The notes under the pieces were generated by a model that worked only from the letters and a program-made list of their open reading frames with translations, was not told the origin of the DNA and searched no databases. Positions 50,701 to 64,000 of a DNA stretch of 64,000 nt are shown here, piece by piece. The position numbers were made by a program, and so were the translations under genes. The stretch's first letter is position 1; the number at the start of each line of letters is the position of its first letter. Source of the stretch: Heterodontus francisci (lineage: Eukaryota); assembly GCF_036365525.1 (NCBI RefSeq), contig NC_090371.1, positions 267,874,837 to 267,938,836 of the forward strand. Direction: 5' to 3'.

Positions 50701-51694
50701 AATATTATTTACAAGTTTTACTGTCTGGTATGAGCAAATATTATCCTGGGACAACATGTCCAAATCAAAGTCTAAGACAGACGTAATGGGTAGGATTTTC
50801 ACTCCGATGTGGGGGCAGGAACAGACATGAGCAGACATGTAATTTCACACTGCCGGCCGGCGTGCCGGTTTGCTGGCAGCATCCTGCCCTGCCGAGCCAT
50901 CTTCCAGCAGGATGGATCAGGGTTGGAACGGCTACCCACCAGTAAGTGGCGGGCAGCTTAATAAGATAGTTAAAAGGCCAATTAAGGCCAATGGTCAGAG
51001 GCCAACTGGAATTTTCCATTTGGGCCAGGCAGTTTCAGCCCTCTTCCCTGTAGAATGGGCCAACCCAAACTCATTTTTCCTATGATCTTAAAATTGGGGC
51101 TAATTTTTTTTTAACAACAGTACTTTCTTTTAACTAATTTTGTTCCCTCCCCATCCTTACTGAAGACACTGATGCCTTGCTGGGATAGATTTATATGGTT
51201 GTCAGTTGCTCTCCACTAACTTGCCAAGAGACCATTATTCATCAATGAGTATTGACCATAAATGTGCATAGGCTATTCTACTAGAAGGAGCATTGCAGCT
51301 CATTATGATCCTATCCTCACCGACTGTCCACTTTCAGAAGTGGTCACTGAATAGCAGTCAGGAAAAGGACACGTGGAGAATATTTCCCTGCCTAAGATAG
51401 GGTTGCTGAGTCCAACTGTAGTGCCCTACTTCTACTCAACTGTGCTGAGCTGTCTTGGTACAGATCAAGGATGCAACTTTTTCTGTATAACTCAGTAACT
51501 CCATGGATAAACTTGCTGAGCAGTCAAGGGAACCCAAAAACTGTATTTTCCACTATGAATATAAGCTGTGTGGAATATATTTGGTCTGAATTTAGATCGT
51601 AACTAAAATATTGCATTGTACTGATATGGGGAGGTTCTTGTACCTTACAACTTTAAAAAAATGTATTTGTTTATTTGTATGTAATTCTACTGTA

Positions 51695-52088
51695 TCAGTG
51701 AGCTCGTCACTGGTATCAGACCCACCGGCCGTCCATGTCTCCACTTTAAAGACGTCTGCAAAAGCGACATGAAGTCCTGTGACATTGATCACAAGTCGTG
51801 GGAGTCAGTTGCCAGTGATCGCCAGAGCTGGCGGGCAACCATAAAGGCGGGGCTGAAGTGTGGCGAGTCAAAGAGACTTAGCAGTTGGCAGGAAAAAAGA
51901 CAGAAGCGCAAGGGGAGAGCCAACTGTGTAACAGCCCTGACAACCAATTTTATCTGCAGCACCTGTGGAAGAGTCTGTCACTCTAGAATTGGCCTTTATA
52001 GCCACTCGAGGTGCTGCTTCACAAACCACTGACCACCTCCAGGCACTTACCCATTGTCTCTCGAGACAAGGAGGCCAAAGAAAGAAAT
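51695..52088 (+). mobile_element. RTE 3' fragment
   Basis: Highly similar to 40153-40540; ORF 51769-52032 ends CFTNH*. Confidence 0.9.
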
Positions 52089-52405
52089 AAAGTGTATCTC
52101 TAGCTCCATCTGTCTGTGCTCTGTGTCTGTTTTTCTATAGGGAGGGTAATTTCCATTGAAGTTGAAGAAATGTACAAAGGGAGGCTGAATCAACATCACC
52201 CATGTTACACTATCAGACAAAGTCAAAGTTACTTTGTATTTGTTTATTTTCTTTTTGTATTTTTCTGTCTGCATTTATGTTGCCAATCCTGGTAAGACCT
52301 AAATTGTCAAACACAATATAAGTCTATTTTGAACAAATCTGTATGCATGTATACTAAAGTTTATAAAATGGTCAACATTCTTATTTGTTTTAACAACTCC
52401 TACAG

Positions 52406-52536
52406 CATCTGTATCTGGAGGGGAACTTGCTTCAGGAGTTGCCGGATGAACTGTTTGATCATTTGCCAAAGCTAGTGTGGTTGGACTTGAGAAAGAACAG
52501 ACTGCAGAAACTACCTGCTCGAATTGGAAATCACAG
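52406..52536 (+). CDS. LRRC27: LRRC27 coding exon 2 (leucine-rich repeats)
   Basis: cctacag|HLYLEGNLLQELPDELFDHLPKLVWLDLRKNRLQKLPARIGNH-AG|gtatgg, 131 nt; compare human [24 protein letters not shown]. Confidence 0.93.
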
Positions 52537-53129
52537 GTATGGGTTTAGGATCCTAACTCTGATTGATCCTAGATATCTTGAGGGAATATTTGCCCCCAAA
52601 TTCCTGGGGGTCCACTTTGCTTGCGTAAGTGCAGTGGAGAGGAACCCATACTCTCACAGCTGCCAGTCCTTTCTCAAAATCCAGTAAAGGGATAATTTGC
52701 AAGGCTGGAGAATGCGCATCAGCAGTCCTTGCCCCAAATTGCCAGCAGGAATGTCAAAGTGGTGCAATGCTGCCTTGATGGTAGGGGTGCACCCAGATAG
52801 ACCCCAAAGAAACTAGTCTCCTTCAGATCTTTTGCTTCTAGTTGAGCTCTTTCCTGCAATTATTTGTGTCCAGCATAGACCAGAATCCAATATATCACAT
52901 TGTGCTTCCCTTGCTGATAATACTTTGCAGAACTCAGAACTCCTTTAGCAATACACTATGGATAGGACATTGATGATCTTAAGTACCTTTGTAAGTTCCC
53001 CTTCCACAACATTTAGGCATTAACACTAGGTTATTGCCTCTTTCCACTCTCTAAGCATTTAATGGGGTTATATTTTTCAGATTCTTAAAACATTATTGTT
53101 TTGGAAATATGGATCAGAGAAATCACCAT

Positions 53130-54120
53130 AGAATATTACACCATAGGAGGAGTTCATTCGGTCCATCATTCCTTTGCCAACTCTTGTAAGAGCTAAAAAT
53201 TAGTCCCAATCCCTTACTCTTTCCCCATAGCCCTGCAGATTTTTCCATTTTAAGTATATATCCAACTCCCTTTTGAAAATTACAACTGAATTTGCATCCA
53301 CCATTTTTTCAGGAATGCATTCCAGATCATAATAACAATGAATAATAACATTGGCATTTTTAGTTAATTGAAAGCATAGGATCCATCATGGGCTCTGATT
53401 TTAAATGACAAAAAAAAACTATTGCATGCTTCAATTGAACCTGCCTCCACCACGTTCTCAGGCAGCACATTCCAGACCCTAACTGCGTGAAAAAGTTTTC
53501 CCTCATGTCACTTTTGCTTCTCTTACCAAATACTTTAAATCTGGGTCTTCTCATTCTCGATCCCTTCATGAGTGGGAACAATTTCTCTCTATCTACTCTG
53601 TCCAGACCGCTCATGATTTTGAATACCTCTATCAAATCACCGCTCAGCCTTCTCCAAGGAAAAGAGTCCTAACTTCTCCATCTATCTTCACAACTGAAAT
53701 TCCTCATCCCTCGAACCATTCTCGTGAATCTTTTCTGTACTCTCTCCAGTGCCCTCATGTCTTTCCTAAAGTGCGGTGCCCAGAACTGGACTCAATACTC
53801 CAGCTGAGGTCAAACTAGTGTCTTACACAAGTTCAACATAACTTCCTTGCTCTTGTACTCTATGCCCCTATTACTAAAGCCCAGGATACTGTATGCTTTA
53901 TTAACTGCTCTCTCAACCTGTCCTGCCACCTTCAATGACTTATGCACGTATACACCTAGGTCCCTCTGCTCCTGCACCCCCTTTAAAATTGCACCCTTTA
54001 TTCTATATTGTCTCTCCATGTTCTTCCTACCAAAATGAATCACTTCACATTTTTCTGCATTGAACTTCATCTGCCACCTGTCTGCCCATTCCACCAACTT
54101 GTCTATGTCCTTTTGAAGTT
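53130..54120 (-). mobile_element. CR1 LINE 3' portion
   Basis: WADRWQMKFNAEKCEVIHFG and IEVFKIM…REKLFPL motifs. Confidence 0.9.
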
Positions 54121-54370
54121 CTAAACTCTTCTAAACTCTAGCTGGGTGGTACTGCTGCCACAGATGGTGCTCTTTAACCTCGTGCTCCATTCAGGAGATT
54201 TTTAAACTGACAGCCAAAGAACTGTTTGGGGAAGGGGTGATAAAAGTCAAAGTAGTCATAATGCTATTTTTGTAGTTAGCTGTAATATTTTCTTACAATA
54301 TAGACTTAAAAGTGGTTAACGAGTTTAATTTCTAAAATGAGTAAAGACATAAAGGGATTTTATTTTTCAG

Positions 54371-54429
54371 ATGTCTTAGAACACTTTTGTTGGAGACAAA
54401 CCCACTCAGAGAGTTACCAGTTGAACTAG
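54371..54429 (+). CDS. LRRC27: LRRC27 coding exon 3
   Basis: tttttcag|A-CLRTLLLETNPLRELPVEL-G|gtaggg, 59 nt, phases 2/1 consistent; compare human [20 protein letters not shown]. Confidence 0.93.
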
Positions 54430-54613
54430 GTAGGGATTATATAATTATTGGGAGTAAAACAGTAATTTTAATATCCATTACTTCCATTTAGTGGAAAAAT
54501 ATGTACCTTTTGCTAAAAGATTCCAGTTCATTTGAGTTACTTTATAAACAAGCAAATATTATGTATTTTGTGCACAGAATTTGCAGTATTAAATTCAGGT
54601 TACTTTTTTTCAG

Positions 54614-54766
54614 GAAATGTACCATCTCTTAAAGCACTTAATCTGAGGAATTGTCCACTTCAGTTTCCACCTTTGGATATTGTACATTTAGGCACCCAAA
54701 TCATTCTTTCATTTCTTAGGCAGCAGGCCACTAAATTTGTTTCTGGAGCTGAAAATCACGAAACAG
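54614..54766 (+). CDS. LRRC27: LRRC27 coding exon 4
   Basis: ttttcag|GA-NVPSLKALNLRNCPLQFPPLDIVHLGTQIILSFLRQQ…HET-G|gtaaga, 153 nt; compare human TLKALNLRHCPLEFPP. Confidence 0.93.
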
Positions 54767-56394
54767 GTAAGAACCTGAAAATGTATTTATTATTTTGCAT
54801 TGTTATAACTTAAGTAGCCATTCCTTGTATCTTGCAGCAGCAAAGCTTATGTATGTAGGATAACGTCCCATTGTATCACATGCTATTATGGCAGGAATCT
54901 CAATGAAATCAGGACTTAATTTATTGCATATTACATAGGAACATGAAAACATATCCAATCATCCCTTTTTCAGACATCGATCTGACCCACCTACTCACTA
55001 AATTCTTCAATCCTTTTTCATTTTGGAGCCAAGACCTGCGAAATTTGAAGTCATAAGATTCCCTTACTGAATAGGTTTGACACTTGTATGTGATAGAAGA
55101 AAGCCTAAACAATGCTTATAAAATAAAAGCTTGCAATGATTCAATGCCAAAATACATCAGTAGAGGACTGACTATTATTTATATGTATATATGACATTAA
55201 AAATACCTGGAACGGAATTAAAATCCCCAATTCACCTCCGGTTGAATTTGTTGTTAAATAGCATTTGGCATTTCCTGAACCCGCTAATGAAACAAGTACC
55301 TTGCAACTGATTTCCAGGATACACTATTCTGTGTATGTTAAAGAATGTTCATTGCTTCTATTAGGTTCCACTCCCATCTAAATTGCTTTCACAGTACACT
55401 GTCATAATAAATGCATTTCTAATCTCGTAAGGCTTTGAGGAAACATATGCAGTTAATGTCAATTTATGTAATAACATTTCTTTCTCTTGTATCAATTACT
55501 TTTGTATCAATTACAATCACCACTAAGGAAAAGGGTACATTCACAATGAAAAGTTTCAGATAAACTTGAGCAAGTTCCAATGACCTCTACCATATTTTCT
55601 CTCAGCATACCAAGAGCAATAAAATCGCAGCCAATACCTGTGCATGATTTATTTTATATCTAATTAGCTGCTAATTTTAAATGGGAAGTGTGGTGTTCTA
55701 AATTTTTCCATAATCTGTAAGTCCATATGCTAAAAAGGAATGATCTTTACACTTATCTGTGTTTTCCAATAGAATGCGAGAGGAAGTAGATATTTTATAT
55801 CATCATGATGAGGAATACTGCCCATAGTTCGTTGTTCCCATTCATGAGGTCACTGGACTGGAACTGCTCCTGAACTGCTTTCCAGTCAATATGTTTTTAA
55901 TTTTTAAATCTCTTCCTCACTGAATGATACTCAAGAGACTTACTGCTGCATGGGTCTAAGGCATTATGCACACCAGCTAAATCAGAAATTTAATTGAAAC
56001 AAGGGAGGAGAAGAGAGGGGATCTTCAAAAAATAAATTTTAAAAAATGAAGTTGCTTTTTGAAAGATCCCTGAGAAAAGCCCTCAAGTAAGTTATTGTTT
56101 GGGATTAAGGCAAAAGGTTAGTGTACCTGTTCTAGAGTATAAAACTAGATAACAAAGTAATTGGGAGATGCTGGCAAGTTTATACATATCTTTTTAGCAA
56201 TTACAATTCAGAATATTGTATTTGCACTTTAAGAAAGGTTTCAATGTTTAAATGCCCAGAACCTCAAGAGGGTAGATGTTTTCCCCCATTTCGGATTTTG
56301 GGCATTTAGCTGGTGGAATGCGCCCGCTGGTTATCATTATGGACTGTGGGAGGAAAACAAGCATCCCGAGGCAGTCCGCTGGCTCGGGGCCACA

Positions 56395-56800
56395 GTTATT
56401 AACATCCTGAGAGTTACTTTTGACCAGAAACTCAACTGCGCCAGCCACATACTACAAGACCAGATTAGAGGCTGAGTATTGTGCAGTGAGTAACTTACCT
56501 CATGACTTCCCAAAACCTATCCACGATCCACAAGGCACATGTCACTTCCCTGGATATAACTCCATCAATACTCAAGAAGCACAACACCATCCAAGAGAAA
56601 GCACTCCACTTCATCTGCATCCCATCCACCAGTTTAAACATCCACTCCCTCCACCATCGACGCACCATGTCTGCAGTGTGCATTATCTGTAAGATGCCCT
56701 GCAGCAACTTGCTAAGGCTTCTTCAACAGCACCTCCAAAGCTGGAACCTCCACTATCTAGAAGGACATGGGCAGCTGGTGCATGGGAACACCATTTGCAT
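56395..56800 (+). mobile_element. LINE 3' fragment (9480-12060 family), decayed
   Basis: ORF 56502-56870 (IQEKA…SLNIHSLHHRRT…CKMPCSN). Confidence 0.75.
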
Positions 56801-56869
56801 CTATAGTGGTAGACAACAAAATAATGGCAGAGTATTTTGTATCAATTTCACAATGGAGGAATACCAGTG

Positions 56870-59520
56870 ATAGAATGGAAACAAAAAATAAATCAATGGG
56901 TTGGGGCAGGGAGTGGAACTTATTGGATTCAATCTAAGTAAAGGCAAATGGTAATGGAGAAAATAATGGGACTTAGGACAGATATTTCTTGACCTGAAAG
57001 AAGTAGGCGAGGAAATTGCAGAAGTGTTAATCATAATCTTTCAAAGCTCTCTTGATTTGGGAACTGTGTCGTTAGATTAGATATTTGTTAATGTTACTCC
57101 ATTATTTAAGAATAATGGAAGAGAGAAGCCAGATAAGTGCAGACCTGGCTGTTGTGGAAAAGCAACTAAAGTATTATTAAGTAGAAAGAGACTGAACATT
57201 TGAACAAATTTGAGGTAATCAGCAAGAGCGAGCATAGTTTTTTTTATGGGTGTCATGCAGATCCCCACCTGCCAAGAATGAGGTGTATTAATTTTGTCAT
57301 ATGAACATTGATTTTAAACTGTTGCTGGAGTGAAGAAATGACTTTTTTGAAGATCACCCGACACTGGGCTGGAAGGACATTTGCATACTAGAGATGCTGC
57401 TTGTGGAGACAAAGGACTATTCCCATATGGATTTTGATCACCAGCCATTGAAGGTGTAAGGAAGCACATTCCAGGGCCTGCTAAGATGATACAATCCACA
57501 AAGCCAGGACTAGTTAAACCAGCTGGTCACATGACTAACTGGCTGGTCCAGGTTTTTTGAACTAGCCACGGGGCAGTTTGAATTCAGAAGGCAGTTTTGC
57601 AATTGAAGCTGGAACAAGCAAGTCTCTCACCTGCCTGTCTCTCTTTCTTACTTTCTCCCAAGACACTAGACCCACGGAAGACACGTAAACCTCAAGAGAG
57701 AAAAGACTCCGACATCGAAACAAGTTGAAGCGTGAACTGGGCCCTAATGAACAGCGGGATTTACCGGCAACCAAAGACTGCACATTGAACTTAAAGGACA
57801 GTAAATAACTAACAGATATTGCCTCACATTTTTCCCCTTTATTCTTTTCTATTTTTTCTGTCTCTATCTGCGGTGTGTTCATCGCATATACATGCTAGCG
57901 TGGTCACGTTGCATATTCATAGTCGTTAACCAGATTAAAGTTTAAGATTAATAAACTTCCACCTTTCTTGTTTAAATCTAAGGAAACCTGTCTGATTTCT
58001 TTGCCTTACAATTGGAAAGCAGTGAACAAGGATTCACTGAGGGGGAGCTAAAAGCACGGTGTTTCTAAAATTAAAGCCTGTTACAGGTAAACCAGGCAAA
58101 GGCTGAGAGGGAACCCCTAGATCCTTCTCACCTGGTCGTAACAATGGGTAAGTCACGTGCCATTAATGTAGTTGAATTTTTTGAGGAAGTCAGGTAGATA
58201 AGTGAGTGTCTATGGCTGTTACACACATGGATTTCAAGGAGGTATTCACCGAGGTTCTGCTTCTTGAGTGTTGTTGCAGCTGCACCCATCTACACAAATG
58301 GAGAGTGTTCCATGACACTACTGATTTGTGCCTTGTAGGTGGTGGAGAGGCTTTGGGGAGGCAAAGGATGATCTATTCACAGAATACCCATTCTCTGACC
58401 TGCTCTAGTAGCCACAGCATTTATGTGGCTTGTCCAGTTGGATTTCTGGTCAAAGGTTATTAAATGAGAGTGGATGGAATTAGAGGTCACCTTTTGACTT
58501 GAGTTGGATATGGATTAGAAGGTAAGCAACAGAGTCAGGATAAAGAGTACATATTATGATTGGTGGGATCTGTCATGGTGTCCTCCAGGGATCTGTACAG
58601 GGTTCTCAACTTTTCACCATATTTATTAATGACTTGGATGAAGGAATAGAGAGTTGGATATCCAAGTTTACTGATAACAATAAGTTAGAAGAGACAGTAA
58701 ATAATGCAGATGGGATTTGGAAGTTTCAAAGGGACATGAATGGAATATGAATGGGCATAACTATAGCAAATGGAATTCGATGTGGGAAATGTGAAGTCAT
58801 CCAATTTTGATCCAAGAACAATAAATCAGAGAACTTTCTAAATGGTCAGAAATTAGTTTTGGGAGTACAAGTGCACAAATTATTAAAAGTTATTAGACAG
58901 GTACAAGAAGGAATCAAATAGACTAATAGAATGTTGGCCTTTGCTTGAAGGGAGCTGGAATACAAAGAGGAGGAAGTTATGCTTCAATTGTACAGGTCAT
59001 TATCAGACCCCACTTGGTTTTGGGTATCGCACATTAAGAAGAATATATTAACCTTGGAAAAGATGCAGCACAGACTTACTGGAGTTTTGATGGGGTAAGG
59101 GTTAAATAAAGACAGGTTAGCTTCAGTTCTCTTCATTATTGAATATTGAGGGGTGATCTGATTGAGATATTTAAAATATTAAAAGGATTTGATACAGTAG
59201 ATATGGAAAAGCTATTTCCTGTAGTGATAGAAATAAAAAACAGTGGAACTTAATGTTAAAATTAGCCCTTGGACATTCAGGAGCAAAATCAGGAAGCAAT
59301 TTTCACACAAAAGATTTGGAAATCTTGAATTCTCTCCCCTAAAAGGATGTGAATACTGGGACAATTGGAACTTTTCAAAGTGATATAGATAAATTTTTGT
59401 TAGTCAAGGATATGAAAGGATCTGGATCAAAGGTTGGTAAATGGAGTTGAGGTAGATATCAGCCATAATCTAATTGATGGAACCTGCTGAAAGAGCTGAA
59501 TGTCCTATTGCTGTTCTATG
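56870..59520 (+). mobile_element. Old CR1 LINE interrupted by a solo LTR and a LINE fragment (~58257-58478, minus)
   Basis: GVLQGSVQGSQLFTIFINDLDEG…KFTDNNK and a degenerate CR1 3' end. Confidence 0.75.
57251..58143 (+). mobile_element. Solo LTR (~0.9 kb), same family as 5673-6682
   Basis: tgtcatgcag…cctggtcgtaaca termini, 5-bp flanking duplication ATGGG, and AATAAA at ~57950. Confidence 0.8.
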
Positions 59521-60169
59521 GAACATACCCTCGCTTAGCCTTTGTTTTCATTGGCAAGAAAAGGATTGAGACATTTCACAATTTCAAAAAAAAAATGAAG
59601 AGAAGTGAAAGATTGGGTAAGAGGGTCTGGGGTTGGGTCCAGGATGAGGTTGCATCAGAGCAACAGGTCAGAGTCAGGGCCAGCCGTGTAACGGGAGTGG
59701 GGGAAGGTGGTGTGGTTGTTATTGGGATTGGAGCTGGGTGTTGGGGATGGAGGTTTGATCAGGAGCTCGGCTAGGGGTCCAATTGGCAGTTGGGGTAAGG
59801 GTGGTGGAAGGATTGCGCGTTGGAAACAGTGGTGGTCAGGATAGGGAAGGGGGCGGTGCTGATCAAGAGTGGCAGTGATTGGGAGGGTTGGGATTAGAAG
59901 GTGGGTGGGGGGGTTGTGGGGGTCAGGAATGGCGGCGATCACAGTGAAGGGTCCGGAGTGGGGGGGTGAGCTTCCATTAAATGCAGTGTTGGGAGGAGCT
60001 GTCCTGCTTCTCTGGGCTCCACAAATAGGTGAGTAAATGTTAAAAATAAAAACAGAACATTCTGAAAATACTCAGCAGATGAGACTGTGCTGTATTAGGA
60101 GTAAATGTTAGAGCTTGTTAATGCATCTGCCAATATTTGGTTTGAAATTCTAATTATTTTTCTGACATT

Positions 60170-61080
60170 GTCTGGAATCTTACATCAAGGGGGAAGCCCC
60201 ACCCACCGGCTTAAAAATCAGGGTCGAGCCCGCCTCTGCCGGACCTGGGAGCCACACAGAGATTTTACATGGCCTAGGCCCTTAATTGGCCTTGGGCGGG
60301 ACTTCTGCCCTCCTGAGGCAGGGTGTCCCACCTCCAGGAGCTGCTGACCAGTCAGCGGGCTGGCAGCTCCTCAGTCCCAGCAGTTCCACCAGAAGCGGGG
60401 GCCATTGCTGGGACTGCACCCAGCTTCAGGAGGATTGTGGACGCCGATGCTGAAAATGGTAAGTGGGGTTTCGGGCCTCACTGGGCCCTGGCAAGGGGGT
60501 TGGGGGTTGATCAGGGCGTGAGGAGGTGCACCAGTGGGGGTGGCAGGAGTTCCTGAGGGGGCCCGCTGTGAGGCACAGGGTGCCTGGTCAGGAGGGCCCC
60601 CTCCAGGCCTGCAAGAAGGATGCCGGGTATTACTGAGTGGCCTCTACAGCTTACAAAGTGCCCCTCTGCCACTGGTAATATACCAGGGGAGGCAAGAGGA
60701 GGCCGAATGCCGGCCCGAGAAGCCGGACATGATCCGGCCCAAACCCAACACGTCATCGGATCCTGTTGGGGTCGGCTCGGGTAGCAGGCCTTCACATCAG
60801 TATATGGATAAAGGCCTGCTACTCGGCCCGACCCCGATGGGTCCCGTCGACTTGTCGGGTTCGGGCTGGGCCGGGTTGGACTTCCGGGTCTGGCATTTGG
60901 GCTCGGTCAGGTTTCCTTTGCACACCTTTAGCAGGCAAGCCTGCTGCTCATAAAGTTGCAGCCTGGGCGGGAAGGTGACAGGAATGGCGACCCCCACCTC
61001 CCACACAAGTCTACGCCCCTCTCCCTCCCTCCAGCCAGCTTCCGCCGGGGGGGGGGTGGGGGCGGTGTAAAATTCAGGCT
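60170..61080. mobile_element. GC-rich composite of Harbinger-like MITE and hAT-MITE ends
   Basis: Degenerate ctggaat(c/t)ttac…gtaaaattcagg ends, with internal CCCGA/TCGGG-rich hAT subterminal arrays. Confidence 0.5.
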
Positions 61081-61304
61081 GCTGTCTTTTATGGAGGAGG
61101 GGGAGGGACACACCTTGCAAAACTTCTGCAGGCCATTACTACAAGGCAGAAAAGTTGTATCTTTTTTCATTTACGTTTTGTAGCTGTAAAGAACCAACTC
61201 CTCGTTCATTGGTTCAAATTGCAGGTGTGCAAGACTTCGGGAGCAATGTAAAGCATTCTACTTATTTTATTTGTTTGTGTTTGTTTCTTTCATTTATTCT
61301 ACAG

Positions 61305-61521
61305 ATCCAAGTCATCCCATTAAAATAGTAAATCGGCCCCTTAAAATAATAAAGATACAAGATTCACTGGAGAATTGCTCTGAGAACCAGGGTGAAAATA
61401 AGTTCCAAAGAGCAATAGAACCTCTAATATCAGTACAGGGACGTACACTTCATTTCAAGCCACTACACAAACCTGTGCTCTGCAGCAACATAAGTAACAT
61501 CAGAAATAATTTTTTACAAAG
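61305..61521 (+). CDS. LRRC27: Probable LRRC27 coding exon 5 (divergent linker)
   Basis: Long polypyrimidine tract plus ctacag acceptor; an open phase-1 frame continuing exon 4 (D-PSHPIKIVNRP…NNFLQ); donor AG|gtatgg. No recognisable homology. Confidence 0.6.
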
Positions 61522-64000
61522 GTATGGAATTGTTTGACTGCTGTAAACATGATTGAAATTCTGAAAGTGAAATAACAAGAAACGGCAGATTGAAGAGCAA
61601 TTTTTATAACTTGTCAAATGTAAAACATTGTTAAACTAATACGCTGAGGTGTAGCAACACTATGGTTTACAATTACGTAACAAATTCACATGTAGTACAA
61701 TCTCACAAGTAGTGTGTAACTTCAACCTTTCTCTATTGTTATGTTGAATAGTTCCCCATTGTTACTCGTTTGTTGTACCTGATATTTTTAGCACAAGATG
61801 ACCTTTCTTTGACCCACCATACGACGACAAATTACACTGGGGAAATATCATGCATTATTTAATCAATTTTACTAATTGGATAGATTTTGTGCCCAGTAAG
61901 TCATAATACGTAAGGTAAAGCAAACTGGTGAAAGCTGGAAAATTGAAACAAAACTAGATAACGCTGGAAAGCCTCAGAAGATCAATTAGCATCTGACCGA
62001 AAAGAAAGGCCACTTTCTGTTCTTCGCAGGAACAAGCCACCAGATCATTTTTGGGGTGAAAGTGAGATCCATCAATATCTTCAGGCTGGGGTTGTAGCCT
62101 GGAAGACTATGGAATTGGTGCCTAGCAGTTTTCAGACTGGCCCTCTTGTAAAGCTGGCCTGTAGCTGGAAAGCTATCTTATGAAGGGAGCCTGCTAGTCC
62201 CGACCATTGGCAACTGATCAGATGCCCAACCTTCTTCCATTCACCCCCTCCCCTCCATTCACCCCCTCCCCTCCATCAGCTGCACCCATATTTGTGTGAT
62301 TGTCTATCCAAGATATGCTAAACAGCAGATACTCCAGCATTAAGGAATAAATGTTACATTTATGTGGGTGGGGAGGGGTTGTGGATAAGGGGAGGGTAAA
62401 ACTGGTCCATCTAGCTTGCACCCTACAGTTATGATGCCTTATGCATCACGTCAAGAGACTTCTTATCCTCTGGATGGCATGCCTTGTGAAGCCTTAAACC
62501 AGATTAAATGCTAAAATCCAAGGCAGCTTTTTTACCAAATGTTGCCTCATGTATTGCTACATATTAAAACTCAGTGTCTGGGTTATTTTTAGTATGGTAG
62601 CAAAATGATTCCGAGTACTTGTCCCTAGAGAAGATTTGCCTGGAAACCTCAAAAACACGAGGATTTTTGCTCAAATTCCTTCTCTGCTGATGATATAATG
62701 TTTGGTTTAAAAGTATAATCCCCTGTTTTGATAGGTATCAGTAGAATGCAGGTTGATTTCTATTTAAAGACTTATAGAAAATAGAAACAACTGCTTGTGG
62801 GGCTTGAAATTGGTCTTGGCAATACTTAAGCAGCCCATTTTACACTTGTCTGACTTTATTTTCCAACGGGCTATCAGTTCACTACCACCTGTTTTGCACT
62901 ATCACCGCAGATCAATTTCACCCCAAAGTCTTCAAAACCTTATCTGATTCACTTTGTTCAACTTGATGCATTGAATATTTTTTTCGTAAAGAAATTAAAT
63001 GTTATATTTACAGTGGTGACAAGCAAGACTTTGAAATAAAGGCAGACACCAAGGGTCAGATTGGCATTTTACATCAGAGGAGAAAAGTCAAGGGAAGAAT
63101 GTTTCCTGCCTTACCTGAATTGGTGGAAAAGCAAAATTATACAGAGCAAATGCAAAGGTAAATGGATTTTAGATGTGGCTTTTCCTCATGTAATCTATCG
63201 AAATAAGGCGAGAAGAATTGGCCCCTTGTGCAGAACCTTAAAATAATATTTTTTGCACGTGTCATGTATATGAATTCTACATTGAGATTCGCTGAGCTTG
63301 GCTTCTACCTTGGGTTCAGTTTCTTCTTTGTGGTTATGTTGAAGTCTCTGACCTATAACTTCATTGGTCCCTGGGGAGTGGGGGGGTGGCAATGGGAAAT
63401 GCCAAGTGAATGAATTTCTCAACGTTCTCTTGCCCGTCCACTGTATTCCAGGAAACCCTGGAGAAATTACATAAACAATGTTCATACTGTTTATGGTTTC
63501 CATGACTCTTACGCAGAAGTAACAGTAGACGATCAGAAGAACCCCTGTGGAAAATCACCATCGAAGTCTACACCCAGAATAAGAGTAGCTAAGATTTTTC
63601 ATTGAGGCCTGGGGCAGATAGAGCTTCCATCTAAAGCATACATGGACCCTTTTTTAAGAAATAATTGTTTCAGGATGTGAGTTATGCTGCTTTGGATGTA
63701 TTTATTATCTTTTCCTAGTTGCTCTGAACTACAGTCATTGCTGTGACAATGGTGTCAGGTAACAAATACCAGAATATTGACACAGTGATGATGAAGGAAC
63801 AGCAATAAATGTCTAAGTTAGGCTACTGTGTGACTTGAAGCAGATGTTAAAAATAGGAGGGTGATCAGTGGGATAGTATTTTTCTCCAGAATTCTCAGTG
63901 TCCCTGCCTCTTTTCTGATCACCAATCCTTGTGAGACGACACTGGTAACCATTCTCCAGCCAGATCCACAGCCGTTGATAACAAGTTTCAATCCAGTGTT

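Noticed and set aside
63517-63591. Possible further LRRC27 exon after 'cttacgcag'
   Set aside because: The phase-2 frame required by the previous exon hits TAA after about 24 codons, no convincing donor follows, and no homology is recognisable. Left uncalled.

Overview
This is repeat-rich vertebrate genomic DNA. The HE1-type V-SINEs, Deu-domain SINEs, CR1/L2/RTE LINEs and Penelope-type termini point to a shark or other elasmobranch; the species cannot be determined. Three host genes can be read. (1) The first coding exon of an STK32/YANK kinase lies on the minus strand at 18435-18486, with the rest of the gene left of the window. (2) A complete, very compact four-exon CYTL1-family secreted cytokine-like gene lies on the plus strand at 35519-36334 (139 aa, six Cys, all introns phase 0). 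(3) The 5' part of LRRC27 lies on the plus strand, with exons from 41148 to about 61521, and continues beyond the window. In mammals CYTL1 sits head-to-head with STK32B, while LRRC27 sits head-to-head with STK32C. A CYTL1-like gene between STK32 and LRRC27 is therefore the main finding: a candidate second CYTL paralogue (ohnologue) with a 6-aa insertion, bracketed by a ~540-bp direct duplication. Other points of interest are Penelope-derived minimal hammerhead ribozyme motifs, a 92-bp-arm palindrome, a GC-rich minisatellite element carrying CRE/YY1/CTCF-like motifs, and multi-level TE nesting. Repeat boundaries are approximate unless a TSD is given. All homology calls come from recalled sequences, not database searches.
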